The notes under the pieces were generated by a model, which was not told the origin of the DNA, searched no databases, and saw only the letters and a program-made list of their open reading frames with translations. A stretch of DNA of 64,000 nt from the NCBI GenBank assembly GCA_016180645.1, contig JACPAV010000012.1:1-64000 (forward strand). The letters run 5' to 3'. This DNA is from Nitrospirota bacterium. GTDB lineage: Bacteria > JACPQY01. Shown here piece by piece: positions 1 through 9,432 of this stretch. The translations under genes and the position numbers were made by a program. Position 1 is the first letter of the stretch; each line of letters starts with the position of its first letter.

Positions 1-27
1 ACCGGAAAACGGCTCCTGTCTCAACAT

Positions 28-1617
28 TCACGGCGTGGAAATGGCCTTCCCTCGTGAAGTGATGTTCACACAGCATGGAAAAATGGCAAAAGTCGAGCTA
101 AGGGCCTCGCGCGCTACCTCCACGCCAGAATGAGCGGGATGTGCGGGGGAGTGGGCCGAGCCGAAAACGGTCCGCTCAAAGAAATCTATCCCGTTGACCT
201 GGTTGGTGCCCTCGTAGATTTGAAGGAGCTTCGCGTCACGATAAAGCTTTTCGACCTGCCCCTCCGAGCGGATCCCGTCCTGCCCCATGAGGAGAATTGC
301 GCGACGAGCATTCTCGACGGCCAGGTCCGACCCGGTGATTTTGGCATGATCACCGAGGCCGGTTGCGTAGTCGCTCTGGCGCTGCCTCCCAGGGTCCATG
401 ACACGGTCTGCCATCATCCTGGAAACGGTTGGAATGGCGAAGATTCCCTTTCCGAAAACCAGGCGTTTGACGACCTTGGGGACGAGTGACATCCCAGGAA
501 AATCGGCCGCGCCCATGACGCTCATGAGACCCCAAAGACCGTTGGCCATGGATCCTTCCATGAACGCTGCCCTCGCGGTCATCGCGTTTCGGGCCAGGGC
601 CGTGAGTTCGAACTGAACCCATTGGTGATCGATCAGCGGCCTTCCGGCCACGCGAGTTGTGAACGCGTGATTCAGAGCCAGTTCGAAGGCGCGGCGCGCG
701 ACTCCCGCGCCGAAAGCGCCGACACCGCTCCGGGTCAACCCGAGGACCAGCCGAATGATGTCCGCGGGTTCGACCTGTGAATCCACTTTGTTCTTTCGGG
801 GGATCACGCATCGATCGAAAACGAGTTCGACGGCCGGGCAGGCGAGCGTGCCCATCTTCCTCTCCACCCGACCCACCTTGAAGCCCGGCAGATCGGGGGT
901 GACAAGAAAAAGCTGCATATCGCTGAGGGGGCGTCCCGGCTCGGGCGGCGTCAGGAGGACAATGAGATCCGCCAGAGATCCATTGGAAATGAACACTTTG
1001 GTTCCAGTCACTTCGTAGCCTGTGGGGACCGGCCTGACACGAGTGCATGTTCTCGCGATGGGGAGCGTGTTTGTGTCTTCCATATCGGAACCGGCGCCCG
1101 GCTCAGTGAGGGCCGTCGCAATGAAATAGGGACGGCCTTCCCTCTCCCGCTGGATCGTTTGCGGCAGGATTCGCGCGACGATCTTGAGATCGAGCGTGGC
1201 CCCGATGGCGGCGACGCCGAGCATGTTGACGAACAGGAGATTCGCCACACCCGCACATCCGGCCGCGATCTCTTCGGCGATGGTGGGGATTCCGATCATG
1301 GGAAGCCCGAGCCCGCCGAGTGCATCCGGAACGGTCGCTGAAAAGAGCTGGAGATCACAGGCCCTGCGCAGCACATCCTGCGGCAGGTATCCGGGCGTCT
1401 TGTGCGCCTCACGTTCGATGTCGATCGCGCGCGGTGCGATCACTTCTTCCCGGAATTGGGCAATCTTCGCATGATACCGTTCCAAGCGTCTAATGGATCC
1501 GGGCGTGTACTGCTTGACGTAGGCCAGGGTGGGATAAAGTTCTTCGAATCTCGGCCTCGTGGGGGGCAAGTGTCCGGATTTCTCCATGGTGGGATCCGAT
1601 GCCGGTGAAGTTTCCAT
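28..1617 (-). CDS. Acyl-CoA dehydrogenase family protein
   Basis: ALTEPGAGSD, GTKVFISNG, KMG and RDAKLLQIYEGTNQV motifs; start placed at the ATG at 1617, which overlaps the upstream stop (TGATG). Confidence 0.9.
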   Translation of the reverse strand: METSPASDPTMEKSGHLPPTRPRFEELYPTLAYVKQYTPGSIRRLERYHAKIAQFREEVIAPRAIDIEREAHKTPGYLPQDVLRRACDLQLFSATVPDALGGLGLPMIGIPTIAEEIAAGCAGVANLLFVNMLGVAAIGATLDLKIVARILPQTIQREREGRPYFIATALTEPGAGSDMEDTNTLPIARTCTRVRPVPTGYEVTGTKVFISNGSLADLIVLLTPPEPGRPLSDMQLFLVTPDLPGFKVGRVERKMGTLACPAVELVFDRCVIPRKNKVDSQVEPADIIRLVLGLTRSGVGAFGAGVARRAFELALNHAFTTRVAGRPLIDHQWVQFELTALARNAMTARAAFMEGSMANGLWGLMSVMGAADFPGMSLVPKVVKRLVFGKGIFAIPTVSRMMADRVMDPGRQRQSDYATGLGDHAKITGSDLAVENARRAILLMGQDGIRSEGQVEKLYRDAKLLQIYEGTNQVNGIDFFERTVFGSAHSPAHPAHSGVEVAREALSSTFAIFPCCVNITSRGKAISTP

Positions 1618-3338
1618 CAGGCCGCCACGGAGGAAGCGTGACTTTTGGATGTCGACACCTTTCCCCAGTCCCATGTATCGGGCGTGATGCCTTCTTCCTG
1701 AAGCGGTTGCTTGATCACGCGATGAGTGCCCGTCTTTGGAATCGATTCCACCACGCGGATATATCGCGGTAGGGCATGTTTCGGAATCTCCCGAGCCAGT
1801 TCGGCGCGGAGCTTCGCTGGATCGACGGTCCCTCCCGGCGCCGGGACCACCACGAGCATGACGTCCTGCTCGCCCAAGTCGGACGCCACGCCGAAGGCGG
1901 CGCTCTCAAGAACGGCGGGCCGTCGGTTTGCGGCGCTTTCGATTTCAAACGCGGAGACATTCTCACCCCTGACGCGCATCGAATCGGTTTTCCGCCCCAC
2001 AAAGGTGAGGTAGCCGTTCCGGTCGCGTGTCATGAGGTCCCCGGTATAGACCCATCCATCTCTGCATTTCTCGCGGCTGGCTTCCGGGTTGCGATGGAAC
2101 TCGACGCTCAAGTCGATCTTCCAGCCGAGGTAGTGAGCCAACTCGCCGGGACGCCCGATGCCGACATCGTTTCCATCCTCGCCGATGAGCATGTATCGGG
2201 TGCCTGGGATGGGCTTGCCCACGGACCCGGGTGGACCATAGCCGAGGTTGAATGTGGCGATGCCGCCGCCGTCCACGGCGCCGTAGGTTTCGATCAGTTG
2301 GACGCCGAATCTCTCCTGGAACGGCGCCCACTGTTCTTTCGGGCAGGCGGCGCTGATCATGCGGGTCACTTTGTGCGTGCGGTCGAGTGAAGTCGGGGGC
2401 TGTTTCATCAGGATGGAAATCATGGAGCCGATGGAGTTGAAAACCGTGGCGCCGCTCGCCCGCACTTCATTCCAGAAATGGGTCGCGGAAAATCGATCCG
2501 AGAAGACCACCCGGGCGCCGGCATAGAGAGAAAGCAAGGTGGTCACCATGAGCGCATTCGCATGGAAAAGCGGGAGGCAGGTGAAGTACACGTCATCATG
2601 ACTCAGAGTCATGTGGGCCAGAAGCCGCATGAGCTTCGCCTGGGAGCTTCCGTAGCGGTAGACGACGGCCTTCGGATGCCCGGTCGTGCCCGAGGTATAC
2701 ATGAGGAGGCACGCAGCTTTGGGATCCGGTTCGATTCCCCCTTCGATGACGCCCTGCGCACGGGTGACAAAGTGTTCGTACCCCAGAGTATCCGGAGGCG
2801 CCGCCGATTGTCGTTCGATGCAGATGATGTGCTTGAGCCGGGGGAGTTTGGATCTGAGCGGGCGCACGGTTTCGACGAGGTCGGAATCCACCAGCAGGAG
2901 GTCTACTCCCGAGTTCTCCAGGACGTAGGCCAGACCCTCCGACTTCAGCCCCGTGTTTATGGGGACGCAGGTCAGGCCGGCTTTTTGGGTGGCGAAGAAT
3001 CCATCGAGCCATTCGGGACTGTTCTTTCCCATGATGCCCACGCAGCCGTTCGCCGGCAGGGCCTCCTGGAGTGCGCGGGCCAGCTTGCCGGAGCGTGCGT
3101 CCATTTCGGCATACGTCCATCGTTCGGGCCCGAAGTCGACGAAGATCTTGTGAGGGTGACGCCGGGCCTTCAGGTGGAGTTCCTGCCCGAATGTGCGCTC
3201 GGTGCGGAAGGAGAGGGTACGCCGGCCAATCGTTTTGAGGAGCGTACCCAGAGCATCGCCCTGACGGTGTTCCTCCAGCAAGAGGCCCTTGAGTCCCCTG
3301 GCGATCATGGCCAGCATCGCGCGGTCGTTTCGGTCCAT
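1617..3338 (-). CDS. AMP-dependent acyl-CoA ligase (CaiC/FadD-like)
   Basis: YTSGTTGHPK P-loop, LPLFHANA, YGAVD, TGD, GENVSAFEIE and PKTGT motifs. Confidence 0.92.
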   Translation of the reverse strand: MDRNDRAMLAMIARGLKGLLLEEHRQGDALGTLLKTIGRRTLSFRTERTFGQELHLKARRHPHKIFVDFGPERWTYAEMDARSGKLARALQEALPANGCVGIMGKNSPEWLDGFFATQKAGLTCVPINTGLKSEGLAYVLENSGVDLLLVDSDLVETVRPLRSKLPRLKHIICIERQSAAPPDTLGYEHFVTRAQGVIEGGIEPDPKAACLLMYTSGTTGHPKAVVYRYGSSQAKLMRLLAHMTLSHDDVYFTCLPLFHANALMVTTLLSLYAGARVVFSDRFSATHFWNEVRASGATVFNSIGSMISILMKQPPTSLDRTHKVTRMISAACPKEQWAPFQERFGVQLIETYGAVDGGGIATFNLGYGPPGSVGKPIPGTRYMLIGEDGNDVGIGRPGELAHYLGWKIDLSVEFHRNPEASREKCRDGWVYTGDLMTRDRNGYLTFVGRKTDSMRVRGENVSAFEIESAANRRPAVLESAAFGVASDLGEQDVMLVVVPAPGGTVDPAKLRAELAREIPKHALPRYIRVVESIPKTGTHRVIKQPLQEEGITPDTWDWGKVSTSKSHASSVAA

Positions 3339-4733
3339 CTAATTCTCCCGCTCGTAAATGTGAATAGTCAGCGCGGCCTCTTCGAAGCCGATATTGCCGC
3401 CCCCGTTTTCCGTGAGGGCGAATCGAGCGTTCCGTACTTGTCGATTCCCGGCACGACCCGTGAGTTGTTCGAACACTTCGTGGAGTTGGGCGACTCCGGT
3501 CGCTGCGATGGGGTGGCCGCGGCTTTCGAGGCCGCCGCTGGTGTTGAGAGGAATGCGCCCGCCAAGAGCGGTCGCGCCGCTTTCGGCCAGCTCGCCCCCT
3601 CCGCCCGGGGGACAGAGACCCAGCGTTTCAGAGTGGTGGATCTCGCCGTACGCCGTGGCATCGTGGAGTTCGGCTAGGCTGATGTCTTGAGGACCGATTC
3701 CGGCCTCCTGAAACGCCTTGTGGGCGGCACGCTGAGCGAGGTCCTCTCCCTCATCGATCGCGCGATGGGTTCCGCTCACGAGCACCGAGCTTCTCACACG
3801 TACGCGGGGCCCGTTCCCGCCTGACCGGGAGAGGAAACGTTCACTGCACAACAGCGCGGCCGCGGCGCCGTCGCCGATCGGCGCGCACATCGGGCGCGTC
3901 AGAGGGTAGCTGATGTCTTTTTCGCGCAGCACCTCATCGACCGAAAGCGGAACCCGCATTTGAGCCAGCGGGTTCAGACTGCCGTGTCGCCGGTTCTTGG
4001 AGGCCACCACGGCCAATTGCCGCTGTGTGAGTCCGTGCTTCTTCATGTGGTGACGGGCGGCGACTGCGTAGACGTCCATGAACGGGGACCGGTCGGAACC
4101 GCCGAGCCCTCCCTTCGCCCCACCGCCTGCGGCTTTGCGGAGGGTTCGAAAAAGCTCCGGGCCGTATCGTACGCGGATGGTGAGCGCGGCCCACAAGGCT
4201 TCCGCGAGTGTCGACGGCCTACGTTTTCGATTTCCATTCGGCTGCGGGGTCGGGCGGGCAGGAACTTTGTCCAACCCCTGCCGGTGAATCCACGTCTTCG
4301 TATCTTCGAGAGTGCGGGGAAGTTCATGTACATCCATCCCGCCGATGAAGCCAACCATCTGGAGCAGGGGATTCGGATGAGAGACTTTTTCGGCGCCGAT
4401 GACCAGGACGAGGTCCGATGCCCCGGCAAGGATGCGGTGATACGCAACGTGGAGGGCGGTGGAGCCGGAAGCGCAGGCGTTCTCCACATTGATGATGGGC
4501 ATGCCTTCAATGCCGATGCCGCGGAGGGCCACCTCTCCGCGGATGCAGGCCTGTCCCTCAATGGCTTCCCATCCCGAGTTGGCGAAAACGACGGCGTCCA
4601 GATCCTGACCCCGAAATTTCCAGCGCCGGAGGAGCGGCAGAACGGCCTGCTGTGCCAGTTCCCGAACCGAACGGTCCGGATACTTGAAGAAACGGATCAT
4701 CGAGGTATCCAACACGTAGGCGTTTGTCGGCAT
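3339..4733 (-). CDS. SCP-x-type thiolase (lipid-transfer protein family)
   Basis: NVENACASGS with catalytic Cys, CAPIGDGAAA, ELHDA, GHPIAATG. Confidence 0.9.
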   Translation of the reverse strand: MPTNAYVLDTSMIRFFKYPDRSVRELAQQAVLPLLRRWKFRGQDLDAVVFANSGWEAIEGQACIRGEVALRGIGIEGMPIINVENACASGSTALHVAYHRILAGASDLVLVIGAEKVSHPNPLLQMVGFIGGMDVHELPRTLEDTKTWIHRQGLDKVPARPTPQPNGNRKRRPSTLAEALWAALTIRVRYGPELFRTLRKAAGGGAKGGLGGSDRSPFMDVYAVAARHHMKKHGLTQRQLAVVASKNRRHGSLNPLAQMRVPLSVDEVLREKDISYPLTRPMCAPIGDGAAAALLCSERFLSRSGGNGPRVRVRSSVLVSGTHRAIDEGEDLAQRAAHKAFQEAGIGPQDISLAELHDATAYGEIHHSETLGLCPPGGGGELAESGATALGGRIPLNTSGGLESRGHPIAATGVAQLHEVFEQLTGRAGNRQVRNARFALTENGGGNIGFEEAALTIHIYEREN

Positions 4734-4735
4734 GG

Positions 4736-5821
4736 CTAATCCAGGATCTTGTGCGTGACGTCCAATGTCTTAAGTTCCGCGATGGTTTCGGCCGCCCCGA
4801 ACGCTTGGGCCGTGGAGATCACTCCCGTGCGTTTGTGTCGCCCGGAAATGAGCCGTTCAGATGCCCAACCTCCGAGAAGGCCAGTGACGACATACGGTCG
4901 GCTGCCGAGGAGAACGCTGATCTTGCGATCGTGATCGCCTTCACCCGCGGCCAGCACCACGTAGCGCGTTTTTTCCGACGTCTCCGGCGGGGGAGTTTTT
5001 CGGACCCACTCCACCATTTTGTCGCCGATGGGATCGAGGGCGCGCCCGAACACCTTCGACATTCGGGCCCATAGGCGCATGAACGGGAGGGTCGAAGGTA
5101 GGATTTCAGAAGCCATGTAAGTCCGGACGATTTTGATTCCCGGTTCCGAAGCGAAATGGAGTGCCTCGCCTCCCGGCATGACAATGGCCGGCCTGGGGCG
5201 AACCTCGCCGGGGACCATGACCGGCTCAATCTTGCTCAGGGGATTGGGATCAAGCTTGCCATCGATGAAACTGAAGCCCGGTCGCCTCGCCACGCGAAGG
5301 AGCGATTTCGAAGAGGCCACCGTGGGATCACCTTCCGGCGCGTAGAGCACGGTGTACCGGTCCAGATGGGGATATCGTTCGCGCAGCGCATGGGCGGCCG
5401 CCTCGCCCAGGCTGTAGTACCACGAATTGGCGTTGACGATGACTCGCTTTTCTTCGGCCGCGCGCTTCCCGTATCGCTCTTTGACGAGGAGCATGAAGTC
5501 CTGCTCGCCGGTGGTGTCCAAGTAGTGGGAGCCGGCGTTGAGGGCCGCGCGGACCACGGTTTCGCCGAGCAGCGAAAACGGCCCCGTGATGTTGATGACA
5601 ACGGCGTGATCCTTGAAGGCTTGGGTCAGGGCCCTTTCCGTGTGTTGCGCCGCGGCGAGGCGGATGGAAGGATCGCGCAATTCGGTTCGGAAAGCTTCCA
5701 GCCGTTCCAGACTTCTTCCGCCCATTGTGAAGGGGATCCCCCGGCGCTTCAGTTCATTGCAGGTGAGGCGACCGGTGTAGCCGGTGGCGCCGTAGACGAA
5801 AACTCTTGGAGTGTCAGCCAC
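4736..5821 (-). CDS. Saccharopine dehydrogenase-like NAD(P)-binding oxidoreductase
   Basis: YGATGYTG Rossmann motif, GPF, YLDTTGE. Confidence 0.85.
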   Translation of the reverse strand: MADTPRVFVYGATGYTGRLTCNELKRRGIPFTMGGRSLERLEAFRTELRDPSIRLAAAQHTERALTQAFKDHAVVINITGPFSLLGETVVRAALNAGSHYLDTTGEQDFMLLVKERYGKRAAEEKRVIVNANSWYYSLGEAAAHALRERYPHLDRYTVLYAPEGDPTVASSKSLLRVARRPGFSFIDGKLDPNPLSKIEPVMVPGEVRPRPAIVMPGGEALHFASEPGIKIVRTYMASEILPSTLPFMRLWARMSKVFGRALDPIGDKMVEWVRKTPPPETSEKTRYVVLAAGEGDHDRKISVLLGSRPYVVTGLLGGWASERLISGRHKRTGVISTAQAFGAAETIAELKTLDVTHKILD

Positions 5822-6455
5822 GTGATATTCCCTCCTTCAACATTCCGGTCAAGCTCAAGGCCGTAAGCGTGTCCACGGCCTCCTTCTTTCCCAGCCAGCG
5901 ACGATTGCCGTTTTGCTCCGCATACACCTGGGCGATGTGTAGCGACATGCCGAGAAGCGCCTCGGCGACGAGTCGCGGGGAGAGGGGGACGGTGAACCCG
6001 GACTTGGACGCGGTTTCGAGGTCTTCAGTCAGGTCCTGCACGAATTCGGAAAACGCCTTTCGGATGAGCCGGCCGTACGGGCCTGCGTCATGCCGTCGGA
6101 GGATCAGCATCAGGAACATTTCGCGATTCTTCTCAACGGCGTCGAAGAAGATCTCGAAGGCCCGTCGGATTCGTTGCAAGGGGTCGCTTTCAGCGGAGCC
6201 ATCCTGCAATCCGCGCGCTTTTCGCACTTCGCCGCGGATTTCCTCCACGGCCTGTCGCGTGCCTTCCAGGAAGAAGGACTGGAGGTCATTGAAATAGAGG
6301 TAGAAGGTGCCGACGCCCACGCGCGCCTCGCGGGCGACGTCGCGCACCTGGATCCTGTCGATCCGCTTCTTGAGGATGATCTTGCGCCCGGCCTCGATCA
6401 GGCTGGTCCGGGTCTTCTCCCTTTGCTCCCTGTTCTTCTCGGCGTTTCGGCCCAT
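5814..6455 (-). CDS. TetR/AcrR family transcriptional regulator
   Basis: HTH VRDVAREARVGVGTFYLYF; start at ATG 6455. Confidence 0.92.
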   Translation of the reverse strand: MGRNAEKNREQREKTRTSLIEAGRKIILKKRIDRIQVRDVAREARVGVGTFYLYFNDLQSFFLEGTRQAVEEIRGEVRKARGLQDGSAESDPLQRIRRAFEIFFDAVEKNREMFLMLILRRHDAGPYGRLIRKAFSEFVQDLTEDLETASKSGFTVPLSPRLVAEALLGMSLHIAQVYAEQNGNRRWLGKKEAVDTLTALSLTGMLKEGISRG

Positions 6456-6492
6456 GGGAGAAAGAGGGGCTACCGTTGCTCCCAGGCCTGTA

Positions 6493-6524
6493 TATTGACA
6501 GAACAAATGTTCATTCAGTCAATA
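6493..6524. promoter_or_regulatory. Palindromic putative TetR operator
   Basis: TATTGAC-N18-GTCAATA enclosing GAACA-AA-TGTTC in an AT-rich patch upstream of the tetR gene; a minus-strand TTGACA lies at 6550-6545. Confidence 0.55.
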
Positions 6525-6616
6525 AATATCATGCCCAGTTATTTTGTCAAGGGGGTATCCCGCCTGACTGCGGGGTGGCGTGGACGAGAGGACAAAAGGG
6601 GTCTACTAATCTAGTG

Positions 6617-6892
6617 ATGAAGAGCGTGACAATTTCGGCGCTCAAGGCGGGGCTGTCAGCGATCCTCCGGCAGGTACGACGCGGCGAGCGCATCATCATT
6701 CTCGACCGACGCGAGCCGGTGGCGGAGATCGTGCCCTTCGAGAAGCGCGGGCAGTCTTCGGAGGAGCGTCTCGTGCGGGAGGGGCGGCTCCGGCCCGCCA
6801 CCCGCCGGTGGTCGGACCTTCGCTCCAGGCCCCTCGGGCGGAGCATCGGTCTGGGCGAACTGCTGGACTCCGTGCGGGAAGATTCTGAGTGA
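6617..6892 (+). CDS. vapB: Phd/YefM-family antitoxin
   Basis: MKSVTISALKAGLSAILRQVRRGERIIILDRREPVAEIVP is a Phd-type N-terminus; stop overlaps the PIN gene start (GTGA). Confidence 0.88.
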   Translation: MKSVTISALKAGLSAILRQVRRGERIIILDRREPVAEIVPFEKRGQSSEERLVREGRLRPATRRWSDLRSRPLGRSIGLGELLDSVREDSE

Positions 6893-7314
6893 GATTTTAC
6901 CTCGACTCCAGCACGATCCTTCGAGCGGTCTTCGGGGAGGCGGGGCCCACGCCTCGAGTGGGCCAGGGTGATCAGGTTTACACGTCTGAGATTGCCGAGG
7001 TCGAAGTCTTTCGTACCCTTGACCGGGCCCGGCTTGCGGGCAAGCTCACCGACGCGGAGACGGCCATCAAGGCCAAGGAACTGTCCGAACGGCTCACGGC
7101 GGTTCGGCTCGTGCCGGTCGCACGGGAAGTGATCGAAACCGCGCGCGCCGGCTTTCCGGTGCCGGTGCGGGCGTTGGACGCCCTTCACGTCGCGACGGCC
7201 CAGTGGCTCCAACGTGAGCTTGGCGAAGATCTCCGGTTTTGGACCCACGACCGCCGTCAGGCCATCGCGGCGCTCGCGCGCGGCCTGAACGTCGAGGGGG
7301 TCAGCGTGCAATAG
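6889..7314 (+). CDS. vapC: PIN-domain (VapC) toxin
   Basis: YLDSS, EVE, LDALHVATA and THD acidic PIN motifs; paired with an upstream antitoxin. Confidence 0.9.
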   Translation: MRFYLDSSTILRAVFGEAGPTPRVGQGDQVYTSEIAEVEVFRTLDRARLAGKLTDAETAIKAKELSERLTAVRLVPVAREVIETARAGFPVPVRALDALHVATAQWLQRELGEDLRFWTHDRRQAIAALARGLNVEGVSVQ

Positions 7315-7520
7315 ATCGGCGAGCCATGGTCACCTCCCATGCCAGCCACCATCGCAAGAAAATAGATGTATCAAGTCCAGACTTGACCCCAACCCCCCGG
7401 ATTTCCCGCGCGGCCGGAACGTCGAAGGGGTCAGAGTACAATAGATCGTTGCGCCGTGGGTCAACTCGCAGGCCACACCGCAATCATCCTACTCACAATT
7501 CAATGTGCAAAAGTGACCCC
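7297..7520. repeat. Two 94-bp GGGGTCA...TGACCCC-bounded units (130-bp period)
   Basis: 7297-7390 and 7427-7520 both begin GGGGTCAG.GT.CAATAGATCG and end TGACCCC; unit 1 has a TCAAGTC-CA-GACTTGA hairpin. Confidence 0.8.
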
Positions 7521-7584
7521 GAAGCCCCCCGAAACATGATGCCGTGAATCATGCACCACCTGTCTCCGGGCCGTGTCGCGGCGT

Positions 7585-8412
7585 CTACTGGGGATTGACG
7601 TTCCGCAATTGAGTTTCGGCCTCTTCCAGTTTTTCCTTCAGGCCGACGTCCCACCGGTGGTCCCACGCCCGCGCGACGGAGATGAAGAACAGGGTCGCCA
7701 TTTGGAGTATCAGGTGCGCGTCCTTGAAATGCCGACTGTCATGGACCTCAACTCGCTCCGGTTTGAAATCAAAGACGCTTGAAAAAGCGGACGAAGTAGG
7801 ATGCGCGTAAGCACTCAGGTACGAATAAATGTAGTCGTAAAGCGTCGCCAACTTGGTTGCCTCTGCCAGACCACGGAAACCCGTCGGATGCCAGTGATGG
7901 CGTTTGAAGCCATGCCGTTTTTCAATCTCCAAGCGCCTGCTTTCCAACTTCTCCTTAATTTCGGGGGTCATGCGCCCCGATTGCACGAGGTGTCTCAGCG
8001 AATCGGGGTGGAACTGGTAACGGATGTTCTCCCATTCGCCGAACTCTAGGAAGCGCGCCGCCCGTTCTTCGGTTTTTGAGTCGTCGCTGAAGATGTACGC
8101 GACGGTCAGCAACGTTTCGAGCATCGAACGGACGACGCCCATCGCGTCTTCCGGCAACCCCTCGCGGACAAGCGTCACGGCGGCTTCGTACGAACGAAAC
8201 GTCTTGGCCATCAGGCCGTGCGCTACTCGCTGCGAGAACTTGCTGGCGATGTGGCTCTCTTGCCTCTGGTTGAGCGAGTCCTTGCCGTTGGCGTAGAGGT
8301 TGTGAACCGTGATGCCGATTGTGACGGTCGGGAGGCAGTGGGAGAGCTTGGGAGGCCAGTTGACCAGTGGGCTGACGGATTCGGTCGATTGACGAAGGAC
8401 TTGTTCCGGCAT
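7585..8412 (-). CDS. DUF5677-like (HEPN-related) protein
   Basis: DA..VVRSMLE..L...YI and Y..LS.YAHP patterns recalled for this family; start uncertain. Confidence 0.6.
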   Translation of the reverse strand: MPEQVLRQSTESVSPLVNWPPKLSHCLPTVTIGITVHNLYANGKDSLNQRQESHIASKFSQRVAHGLMAKTFRSYEAAVTLVREGLPEDAMGVVRSMLETLLTVAYIFSDDSKTEERAARFLEFGEWENIRYQFHPDSLRHLVQSGRMTPEIKEKLESRRLEIEKRHGFKRHHWHPTGFRGLAEATKLATLYDYIYSYLSAYAHPTSSAFSSVFDFKPERVEVHDSRHFKDAHLILQMATLFFISVARAWDHRWDVGLKEKLEEAETQLRNVNPQ

Positions 8413-8494
8413 GATAGGTAGGATTCTACTTGATAGGCCGAGAGGGGGGAACGCTCGCTGGCGCGGGAAACGCGCCGCCGCGGTCTCTTGCAGC

Positions 8495-8555
8495 CTGCGG
8501 GGTCTTATTGCAGATTGAGTTATGGGAAGGTAGGGGTCAGTCTTGCACATTGAGT
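8495..8555 (+). repeat. Two GGGGTC(A)..TTGCA.ATTGAGT motif copies
   Basis: ctgcggggtcttattgcagattgagttat (8495-8523) and ggggtcagtcttgcacattgagt (8533-8555). Confidence 0.75.
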
Positions 8556-8654
8556 CCCTCTTCTATTTGGCTCAGGTCCCGGCGGCGCGGCGGCTCTATT
8601 TCACGCATCCTATCGAATCGTTGTTGAATCAGCGCTTGAGGAGGCTTCTCCGGC

Positions 8655-8921
8655 ATGGTAATCTTCCAGAAGATGAAATCTCGACGCGAAGCCGCTCTCC
8701 TCATGAATCCGTCGGTGCGGCGGCAGATCGAGCGCATTGCCAGGGAAAGCGGCGCCCCCATTCACACCCTCATCGAGAGAGCCGTGAAAAAATTCGTACG
8801 TGAGTTCGATGACTCCAAGAGGGAGCGCGCGTTCCGGCGTCTCGCGTCCGCCAAGGCTCGTTCGATGGGGATCAAGACCCTTGACGATGTAGACAAACTC
8901 GTCCACTCCCTTCGAAGCTAG
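8655..8921 (+). CDS. Ribbon-helix-helix/CopG-like antitoxin
   Basis: 88 aa; RHH-like pattern (QIERIARESG..IHTLIERAVKKF) and GIKTLDDVDKLV tail; GAGGAGG RBS; upstream of a PIN gene. Confidence 0.75.
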   Translation: MVIFQKMKSRREAALLMNPSVRRQIERIARESGAPIHTLIERAVKKFVREFDDSKRERAFRRLASAKARSMGIKTLDDVDKLVHSLRS

Positions 8922-8934
8922 GACTGTTCCTAAA

Positions 8935-9354
8935 CTGCGCGTCGTTCTCGACACGAATATCTACGTTTCGGCCTACATCTCTACACTCGGCAATCCCCGC
9001 AAGGTGTATGACGGCGGAAAGCAGCGGAGATTCGAGACCTTCTGGTCGCCCTTCATCAGAGATGAACTCAGGCGGGTGTGGATTGAGAAGTTCGGGCTAT
9101 CGGAGCCGTTCTTGACGGAGCGGTTGCGCTCCATCTCGGCGTGGGCGCAGATGGTCGAACCGACCGAAACGCTGGACGTCGTGAAGGAGAGCCCTGACGA
9201 CAATCGAATACTTGAATGCGCGGTGGCTGCGCACGCCGATTACCTCGTGACAGGCGACAAGGCGCACCTTCTTCCGCTTGGAACACTCCGAAATACGCGA
9301 ATCATCTTGCCCGATACGTTCATACGAGAGGTCCACAAGGTGCGTGGCGGGTAG
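8935..9354 (+). CDS. PIN-family putative toxin (PIN_3-like)
   Basis: RVVLDTNIYVSA lies in frame upstream of the called ORF; DDNRILECA and LVTGDK.HLL motifs; probable CTG start at 8935. Confidence 0.85.
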   Translation: MRVVLDTNIYVSAYISTLGNPRKVYDGGKQRRFETFWSPFIRDELRRVWIEKFGLSEPFLTERLRSISAWAQMVEPTETLDVVKESPDDNRILECAVAAHADYLVTGDKAHLLPLGTLRNTRIILPDTFIREVHKVRGG

Positions 9355-9402
9355 CCTGATAACCGTGGAACTTCTTCAAACACCCCGCCTTTCCGCCTTG
9401 GT

Positions 9403-9432
9403 CTGCGGGGTCATTATTGCAGATTGAGTTAT
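9403..9432 (+). repeat. Direct repeat of 8495-8523
   Basis: ctgcggggtcattattgcagattgagttat, identical to the 8495 copy apart from one extra base. Confidence 0.85.
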
